Shown: positions 25,724-32,000 of the stretch, piece after piece | Layout of the letters: each line of letters starts with the position of its first letter | How positions within the stretch are numbered: the stretch's first letter is position 1 | Source: Methanothermobacter thermautotrophicus str. Delta H | Lineage (GTDB): Archaea > Methanobacteriota > Methanobacteria > Methanobacteriales > Methanothermobacteraceae | Length of the DNA stretch: 32,000 bases | Assembly (NCBI RefSeq): GCF_000008645.1 | Contig: NC_000916.1 | Location: 1,470,001-1,502,000 of the forward strand | Direction: 5' to 3' | Made by a program: the position numbers and the translations under genes | The notes under the pieces: model-generated | The model's input: only the letters and a program-made list of their open reading frames with translations | Told to the model about the DNA's origin: nothing | Databases searched by the model: none

Positions 25724-27001
25724 ATGAACATGACAGAGAAGATCCTCGCAGAGGCAGCAGGACTCAGGGAGGTCACACCCGGCGAGATAATAGAGGCAAG
25801 GGTTGACCTCGCCATGACCCATGACGGCACCTCACCCCCCACCATCAGGACCTTCAGGGATATAGCCTCAAGGGGAGGCCCCGCTAGGGTCTGGGACCCC
25901 GAGAGGATAGTCATGGTATTTGATCACAACGTACCAGCCAACACAATAGGTGCCGCGGAGTTCCAGAGGGTCACAAGGGAATTCGCCAGGGAACAGGGTA
26001 TAGTGAACATATTCCAGAACGCAGCAGGCATATGCCACCAGGTTCTGCCTGAGAGGGGATTTGTAAGACCTGGCATGGTCATTGTTGGGGCGGACTCCCA
26101 CACCTGCACCTACGGAGCCTTCGGAGCCTTCGCAACAGGCATGGGGGCGACTGACATGGCCATGGTCTTTGCAACAGGCAAAACCTGGTTCATGGTACCT
26201 GAGGCAATGAGAATCGAGGTTACAGGTGAACCTGAGGGCCACGTGTATGCAAAGGACGTCATACTCCACATCATAGGCGAGATCGGTGTTGATGGTGCAA
26301 CCTACCGTTCCGTGGAATTCACAGGAGACACCATAGAGAGCATGGATGTCTCCGGGAGGATGACCATCTGCAACATGGCCGTGGAGATGGGTGCAAAGAA
26401 CGGTATAATGGAGCCCAACCGGCAGACCCTTGACTATGTGAGGGCAAGGACAGGCAGGGAATTCAGGGTTTACAGTTCAGATGAGGACAGCCAGTACCTG
26501 GAGGATCACCACTTCGATGTCTCAGACCTTGAACCCCAGGTGGCCTGTCCAGATGATGTTGACAACGTCTACCCTGTCCACAGGGTTGAGGGAACCCACA
26601 TAGACGAGGCCTTCCTGGGTTCATGCACCAACGGCCGGTACGAGGACCTGAAAATCGCCGCAGAGGTTATAGGCGACAGGAGGGTCCATGAGGATGTGAG
26701 GTTCATAGTCTCGCCGGCATCAAGGGAGATCTACCTTAAGGCACTGGAGGATGGTATAATAGAGACCTTCATCAGGGCAGGGGCGATAGTCTGCAACCCT
26801 GGCTGCGGCCCGTGCCTGGGGGCCCATATGGGAGTCCTTGCCCCGGGGGAGGTCAGCATAGCAACAACCAACAGAAACTTCAGGGGAAGGATGGGTGACC
26901 CTGCATCCAGCGTCTACCTGGCCAACCCGGCAGTCGTCGCAGAATCCGCCATTGAAGGGGTAATAAGCGCCCCTCAACAGGAGGCAGGAAATGGATGTTA
27001 A
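25724..27001 (+). CDS. hacA: Aconitase-family dehydratase large subunit (homoaconitase HacA/AksD candidate, alternatively LeuC-like)
   Basis: The Fe-S ligand motifs GSCTNGR and NPGCGPCLG are present, along with ADSHTCTYGA. I place the start at ATG 25724 (MNMTEKIL) because AGGTGGT lies 4 nt upstream. The ORF is open from GTG at 25715. No small-subunit gene is adjacent. Confidence 0.75.
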   Translation: MNMTEKILAEAAGLREVTPGEIIEARVDLAMTHDGTSPPTIRTFRDIASRGGPARVWDPERIVMVFDHNVPANTIGAAEFQRVTREFAREQGIVNIFQNAAGICHQVLPERGFVRPGMVIVGADSHTCTYGAFGAFATGMGATDMAMVFATGKTWFMVPEAMRIEVTGEPEGHVYAKDVILHIIGEIGVDGATYRSVEFTGDTIESMDVSGRMTICNMAVEMGAKNGIMEPNRQTLDYVRARTGREFRVYSSDEDSQYLEDHHFDVSDLEPQVACPDDVDNVYPVHRVEGTHIDEAFLGSCTNGRYEDLKIAAEVIGDRRVHEDVRFIVSPASREIYLKALEDGIIETFIRAGAIVCNPGCGPCLGAHMGVLAPGEVSIATTNRNFRGRMGDPASSVYLANPAVVAESAIEGVISAPQQEAGNGC

Positions 27002-27530
27002 TGTCATGGAGGAGATTGAACGTATTGAGAGGCTCATAGGGAAACTCTCAAACACCCAGAAGATACTGCTCTCAACAGACGGCTCGGTAACAAGGATACT
27101 TGACGTTCTGCGGGGAACAGTGACCATAAGGACCCTGAAACAGGAATTCATACCCTGCAACCAGGAAATAGCAGATAAGCTCAACATCTCCATGGGAGAC
27201 CCTGTGAACTACAGGGTTGTTGTCATAGGAAACAGGGAGCCCCTCATACATGCAGTATCATACATCCCCCTCTCAAGGCTCGACGATGGGTTCAGGGAGG
27301 ATCTCATAAGGGCCGATGTACCCATAGGGAGGATCCTGAAGAAGCATAACATAGAGTCAAGGAGGGAGATAGAGGTCCTTGACATTGAGAACCCGGACCC
27401 CCAGCTGAGGGAGATCTTTGGGACAGACTCCCCGATGCTCACAAGGACCTACAATATCATCCATGAAGGTGAGGTTCTCATAAGGATAAAGGAGACCTTC
27501 CCCTTCGAATGGTTCAGGGAGGAGTTTTAG
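26991..27530 (+). CDS. Chorismate pyruvate-lyase-like (UbiC/DUF98 fold) protein of unknown role
   Basis: ILLSTDGSVTRILDVL and the C-terminal RTYNIIHEGEVLIRIKETFP resemble the conserved blocks of the chorismate lyase/DUF98 family. GGAGG lies 6 nt upstream, and the start overlaps the hacA 3' end by 11 nt. Confidence 0.55.
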   Translation: MDVNVMEEIERIERLIGKLSNTQKILLSTDGSVTRILDVLRGTVTIRTLKQEFIPCNQEIADKLNISMGDPVNYRVVVIGNREPLIHAVSYIPLSRLDDGFREDLIRADVPIGRILKKHNIESRREIEVLDIENPDPQLREIFGTDSPMLTRTYNIIHEGEVLIRIKETFPFEWFREEF

Positions 27531-27549
27531 AGATTCACCGGGTGTTCAT

Positions 27550-28536
27550 ATGGGAGTTAAACTCAGGGATGTTGTATCACCCCGCAGGATACGCCTTGAG
27601 GACCTTAGGGGAAGAACGGTCGCAGTCGATGCAGCCAACACACTCTACCAGTTCCTATCAAGCATAAGGCAGAGGGATGGAACACCCCTCATGGATTCCA
27701 GGGGTAGAGTAACATCACACCTCAGCGGCATACTCTACAGGACGGCCGCGGTCATGGAGAGGGAGATAAGGGTCATATATGTCTTCGATGGAAGGTCCCA
27801 CCACCTCAAGGGCGAGACCGTGAGCAGGAGGGCTGATATCCGGAAGAAATCTGAGGTTGAGTGGAAGAGGGCCCTTGAGGAGGGGGACATTGACAGGGCG
27901 AAAAAATATGCTGTAAGGTCCTCAAGGATGTCCTCAGAAATACTGGAGAGTTCAAAGAGGCTCCTGGAACTTCTGGGAATACCCTATGTACAGGCACCCG
28001 GTGAGGGGGAGGCTCAGGCATCATACATGGTTAAGATGGGCGATGCATGGGCCGTGGCATCCCAGGACTATGACTGTCTCCTCTTTGGCGCCCCAAGGGT
28101 TGTAAGGAACCTCACCCTCAGCGGAAAACTTGAGGACCCCGAGATCATTGAACTGGAGTCCACCCTCAGGGAACTCTCAATCAGCCACACACAGCTCGTG
28201 GATATGGCACTACTCGTCGGGACTGACTTCAATGAGGGTGTAAAGGGGATAGGCGCAAGGAGGGGACTCAAACTCATCAGGGAGAAGGGCGACATTTTCA
28301 AAGTCATCAGGGACCTTGAAGCTGACATAGGTGGCGACCCCCAGGTTCTCAGGAGGATCTTTCTGGAGCCAGAGGTTTCAGAGGACTATGAGATCAGGTG
28401 GAGAAAACCTGACGTGGAAGGTGTTATCGAGTTCCTGTGCACTGAACACGGCTTTTCAGAGGACCGTGTGAGGGCTGCACTTAAAAAATTTGAGGGTGCA
28501 TCCTCCACCCAGAAGAGCCTGGAGGACTGGTTCTGA
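27550..28536 (+). CDS. fen: Flap endonuclease 1
   Basis: The XPG-N region reads MGVKLRDVV...AVDAANTLYQFLS and the XPG-I region reads GEGEAQASYM...SQDYDCLLFGAP. The size is 328 aa. Confidence 0.95.
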   Translation: MGVKLRDVVSPRRIRLEDLRGRTVAVDAANTLYQFLSSIRQRDGTPLMDSRGRVTSHLSGILYRTAAVMEREIRVIYVFDGRSHHLKGETVSRRADIRKKSEVEWKRALEEGDIDRAKKYAVRSSRMSSEILESSKRLLELLGIPYVQAPGEGEAQASYMVKMGDAWAVASQDYDCLLFGAPRVVRNLTLSGKLEDPEIIELESTLRELSISHTQLVDMALLVGTDFNEGVKGIGARRGLKLIREKGDIFKVIRDLEADIGGDPQVLRRIFLEPEVSEDYEIRWRKPDVEGVIEFLCTEHGFSEDRVRAALKKFEGASSTQKSLEDWF

Positions 28537-28548
28537 AAGCATTAATTT

Positions 28549-30477
28549 TTATGAAGCACCCCACTTCCTGACATCATCGAGGCCGGCTTCATCAAGGAAT
28601 CCCCTTTTTCTGCAGAATTCAGTGAGCCGCCTGTAGGATGGGTGGGCTGAGAGTGTCCTGCTATCCCCTATTATTATGAGCTTGCGTCTGGCACGGGTGA
28701 GTGAAACGTTTAGACGCCTTAAATCCTTCAGAAACCCTATACTGCCATTCCGATTGCTTCTGACCATTGAGATTATTATAACATCCTTCTCACGTCCCTG
28801 GAATCCGTCAACACTGTTCACCTCAACATCTATCATGGATGAGATGAGGTCCACCTGGTCATCGTAGGGGGTTATTATACCGATCTCCTCAGGTTTAACA
28901 CCCATCCTCATGAGTGAACGGGAGATTATAACTGCAAGGTCCGCTTCAAGGGGGTTCTGTATTGAGGTTGAACCCTTTAGCCTGCGCTCACAGCCATCCA
29001 GTCCTGAAGTGTCAATGAAGAGGACGGGGTCGGGATCTGCGAGTTTCTGGCAGATATCGGAGTCAGGGACATCCTCGATGATATCCCTGATGGATATATC
29101 CTCAAGGGATGGATGGGCCCTTATCCTCCCATCATAGAATTCACGGTTGGGGAACTCCATTATGGCCGGGTGCATGCGGTACTGGCAGTTCAGCATCCTG
29201 GATCTGCCCGGGTGGCGTTTGATAAGTTCTTCAAAGAGTGTCCTCTCAAGTTCGGATGCATCTCTGCTGAGTATTGTGGGTGGGAGCTGCCTGTGATCCC
29301 CTGCCAGTATGAATCTTGGGGCCCTTGCAAGGGGTATGAGTATGCTTGGTATTGTGGCCTGGGATGCTTCATCGACGATGGCGACATCGAACCTTAAGCC
29401 ATCTATGTACTCGAGGGCTGCAGATGAGTTGGTTGAAAGGACAACCTGGCTCTCCCGGAGTATCCTGTCAGCGATTCTCATCTCTGCCTCCTGAAGCTTA
29501 CTGTGGAGGTCATCTATCCTCTGGTTTGTCTCTATCCAGCGGGCCATTGAGATCATGACGTTGGGTGAGATGCCCCTTGCACCCCTCCTCTTTGTGGCGT
29601 TGATGAGTATCTGGGTGTCACTGAGGCCCCTCCTGATCTGTGGGGTGGGTTTCTGGTGCCTCTCACGTTCCTCTATGAGTTCATCGATCTTCTCCTGGTA
29701 TTCCCGGACTTTACTGTATTCAGGGTGGTTTTCAATTTTATAGGCAAGGGTCTCCCTCAGGTTTTCCCTTGAAACCCTCTGGGGGTGTCCCAGGCGGACG
29801 CATTTAACATGACCTGCAATTCCCTCAAGGAGGTTATCAACTGCTGCGTTGCTCTCGGCGGTTACGAGGACCCGGCTGCCCCTCATGACCTCCTGCCTTA
29901 TTAGCTCATGGAGGGTGCGGGTTTTACCGGTTCCAAAGGGGCCGTGTATGAGAAAGAAATCCTCTGATCCAAGGGCCATCCTGATGGCATCCCTCTGTGA
30001 TTCGTTGAGTTCCGGGTCCACAGCCTGGAAATCAACCACATCAACCCCATCTGAAGGTTTTTCTGTACCACAGAGGAAACCCAGGACCCTGAGAACGTTT
30101 CTGGTTGGGGATTTGAGGTTGTCAATCATTCTCTGAAAGGTCACATCATTGGCATAGAGGTCTATCCTCACATTTTTGAGGGCCCATCCAGGAACATGTT
30201 CAAGGGCAACAACCAGGAATCTCTTACCCTTCATTGCAACGGTACCTGTCAGGTCGCTCCTGAGGGGGTTTCCCCTACTTATAAGGACGAGGTCACCCAC
30301 GGATATCTGGGTGTCTATGGGGTCACGTCTTCCGTACTTGACAAGGTGAAATCCCAGCTCCCTCCCGGTTATCTTACCGTTCAATCCATTCACAGCCCTT
30401 CGAGCCCTCTCGCGCTGTCGGGGGGAAAGCCTCCTTATCTCATTCATCATGGCGCTTATTTCGGCTTCCCTCTCCAT
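28549..30477 (-). CDS. Superfamily 1B helicase, Upf1/IGHMBP2(Smubp-2)-like
   Basis: Motifs in order are Walker A GPFGTGKT, Walker [31 protein letters not shown] and [11 protein letters not shown], with an N-terminal beta-barrel-like region. Confidence 0.88.
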   Translation of the reverse strand: MEREAEISAMMNEIRRLSPRQRERARRAVNGLNGKITGRELGFHLVKYGRRDPIDTQISVGDLVLISRGNPLRSDLTGTVAMKGKRFLVVALEHVPGWALKNVRIDLYANDVTFQRMIDNLKSPTRNVLRVLGFLCGTEKPSDGVDVVDFQAVDPELNESQRDAIRMALGSEDFFLIHGPFGTGKTRTLHELIRQEVMRGSRVLVTAESNAAVDNLLEGIAGHVKCVRLGHPQRVSRENLRETLAYKIENHPEYSKVREYQEKIDELIEERERHQKPTPQIRRGLSDTQILINATKRRGARGISPNVMISMARWIETNQRIDDLHSKLQEAEMRIADRILRESQVVLSTNSSAALEYIDGLRFDVAIVDEASQATIPSILIPLARAPRFILAGDHRQLPPTILSRDASELERTLFEELIKRHPGRSRMLNCQYRMHPAIMEFPNREFYDGRIRAHPSLEDISIRDIIEDVPDSDICQKLADPDPVLFIDTSGLDGCERRLKGSTSIQNPLEADLAVIISRSLMRMGVKPEEIGIITPYDDQVDLISSMIDVEVNSVDGFQGREKDVIIISMVRSNRNGSIGFLKDLRRLNVSLTRARRKLIIIGDSRTLSAHPSYRRLTEFCRKRGFLDEAGLDDVRKWGAS

Positions 30478-30628
30478 TTCAACAAGTCTTATGAGCCTCT
30501 TTATATATGATTTCAGCCTGCTGATTCTCTCACCCTCTCCGGATCTTTATAGACTCTCAGAAGATCATATGCTGAAGGGGGTACCATGTCCATTCTGGAT
30601 TTCAGGGATTTTAGTCCAGGATCCTCTA

Positions 30629-31339
30629 TCAGAATGGCGGGTACTCCCCGAAGAATTCCCGGGCATATCTTCTCGCGGTTTCAACCTGCACAGGATACCT
30701 GCCTTCAAGACGAAGTTCAAGTTCTTCCCTGGTTTCCGAGGATGCAACCGTCCTGAGGAATTCCACATAGACATCAAGACTCCTGTCTGATCCACCATCC
30801 AGACATGGCATCTCAACTGTGAGACAGATATCATCACGTTTGAAGAGCTTCTTACGTATATGTGGAGACACCGATCCTATAAGTACACCCTCTTCAAGTT
30901 CTATGAGTGGAGGAACACCCTCAGATGACTTCCTTGACGGATCTGTGAGCTTATCATAGTTTTCCCTGCGGTAGCAGTGGGCCTCAAGGTAGGTTGATGG
31001 CCGGTACTTCTCTATGAGTCTGAGTATCTCCCTCCCCTGGGGGCTCCTGTAGTAGTCAGGGTTGAGGGTGCTGATGTAGGGAGTGGGGTTGCAGCTGTAT
31101 ATTATCAGCCTGCCATTCTCTATGTCATTGAAACCCAGTCTTCTGAGGGCCCTTATGGTGGTGAGACCCTCCCTTCCATGCACACCACCCACAAATAACC
31201 TTACAGGGCCATCCCCCTTATCTATCAACCTGAAAAACCCCAATATGGTCACCTGTGGTAGATCAGGTTCCTTCTTCCCAGTTTTCAAGGTAGAGTCTCT
31301 GTTTTTCTGTGAGTTCATCGATCTCAATGCCCATGGCAT
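30629..31339 (-). CDS. Uncharacterised conserved protein with an HGxE...NP...H pattern (possible zinc hydrolase-like fold). Start uncertain: ATG 31339, ATG 31318 or GTG 31252.
   Basis: This is the long unambiguous ORF in the region. [17 protein letters not shown] and LEAHCY are reminiscent of M14/AstE-AspA-type metal sites. The longest form overlaps the ahcY 3' end by 77 nt. Confidence 0.5.
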   Translation of the reverse strand: MPWALRSMNSQKNRDSTLKTGKKEPDLPQVTILGFFRLIDKGDGPVRLFVGGVHGREGLTTIRALRRLGFNDIENGRLIIYSCNPTPYISTLNPDYYRSPQGREILRLIEKYRPSTYLEAHCYRRENYDKLTDPSRKSSEGVPPLIELEEGVLIGSVSPHIRKKLFKRDDICLTVEMPCLDGGSDRSLDVYVEFLRTVASSETREELELRLEGRYPVQVETARRYAREFFGEYPPF

Positions 31340-32000
31340 CGAGTTTCATCCGGGCAACCATCAGGTCTATCTCATCGGGTGCCCGGTAGACTCCAGGGTC
31401 TGGTTTCTCCTGGAGGAGGTGTCTTGCTGATAGTGCCTGCATTGCAAAGCTCATATCCATTATCTCTGCAGGATGACCCTGGCCACGCTCGGATGCAAGG
31501 TTCACAAGCCTGCCCTCAGCCAGAAGATATATTTTACGTCCATCAGGCATTATGAACACCTCGATGTCCTCCTTAACCTTTCCTGTCTCCCTTGAGAGCT
31601 CTTCAAGGGCCTCCCGGTTTATCTCAACGTTGAAGTGGCCGGAGTTCGCCATGACACAGCCATCCTTCATGTTCATGAATTCGGATTCAGAAACCACGTC
31701 TGTGTTCCCGGTGGCTGTTATGAGTATATCGGCCTCCTTAACAGCATCTGAAACCTTCATAACTCTGAAACCATCCATACGTGCTTCAAGAGCTCTTATG
31801 GGATCCACTTCGGTCACTATTACACTGGCTCCAAGTCCCTCAGCCCTCATGGCTATACCGCGACCGCACCACCCGTAGCCGCAGACCACGACGGTCTTCC
31901 CGGCTATCAGCATGTTGGTGGTCCCCATTATGGAGTCAAAGGTTGACTGTCCGGTACCGTAGCGGTTGTCAAAGAGGTACTTGGTGTAGGCGTCGTTCAC
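31263..32000 (-). CDS. ahcY: S-adenosyl-L-homocysteine hydrolase, C-terminal ~245 aa (N-terminus outside the window)
   Basis: [10 protein letters not shown] is followed by the NAD-binding [15 protein letters not shown], then [10 protein letters not shown] and GHFNVEI. The ORF runs off the window edge. Confidence 0.95.
   Translation of the reverse strand: MNDAYTKYLFDNRYGTGQSTFDSIMGTTNMLIAGKTVVVCGYGWCGRGIAMRAEGLGASVIVTEVDPIRALEARMDGFRVMKVSDAVKEADILITATGNTDVVSESEFMNMKDGCVMANSGHFNVEINREALEELSRETGKVKEDIEVFIMPDGRKIYLLAEGRLVNLASERGQGHPAEIMDMSFAMQALSARHLLQEKPDPGVYRAPDEIDLMVARMKLDAMGIEIDELTEKQRLYLENWEEGT

Noticed and set aside
30449-30837. ORFs 30449-30790 (plus) and 30565-30837 (minus) near the helicase upstream region
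   Set aside because: Both mostly overlap the well-supported 30629-31339 gene in other frames and lack start-site signals. The remaining 151-nt gap is better explained as the helicase promoter.

Overview
The window reads as an archaeal methanogen chromosome segment. Gene content and the 30-nt CRISPR repeat look like Methanothermobacter (Methanobacteriales), but that is recognition from memory and is not verified by any search. I can support about 35 protein genes, nearly all housekeeping.

Gene layout:
- 1-1730: a frame-broken acetyl-CoA synthetase (acs).
- 2442-5513: a CRISPR array of 47 identical repeats and 46 spacers, with no cas genes anywhere in the window. An AT-rich leader lies on its left. 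Its last repeat touches the stop codon of a convergent dUTPase/dCTP-deaminase-family gene.
- 7737-13233, minus strand: the conserved archaeal translation superoperon. In transcription order it is Fap7-like kinase, Rpp21, YhbY-like, S19e, PDCD5-like, PP-loop ATPase, L39e, L31e, aIF6, LX, prefoldin alpha, FtsY.
- 13338-18419: thi4, a DRG-type GTPase, a CBS protein and aglB/STT3.
- 18665-23119, minus strand: a tightly coupled tbp / SerB-coiled-coil fusion / small Zn-finger ORF / topA cluster.
- 23340-28536, plus strand: a hypothetical protein, a CYTH protein, aksA, hacA, a chorismate-lyase-like (DUF98) ORF and fen.
- 28549-32000, minus strand: an SF1B helicase, an uncharacterised HGxE-motif protein and a partial ahcY.

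I found no rRNA, tRNA, transposase or cas gene, and no convincing wholly new multi-gene system.

Most unusual observations:
1. The internal history of the CRISPR array: a 5-of-7-unit segmental duplication, adjacent spacers from diverged homologous protospacers, and a non-degenerate terminal repeat abutting a gene.
2. Two G-run frame disruptions, in acs and in a 4-oxalocrotonate-tautomerase-family gene.
3. Short duplications of gene 3' ends just downstream of two stop codons.
4. The tbp-to-topA operon with two uncharacterised members.
5. The aksA-hacA-DUF98 linkage.
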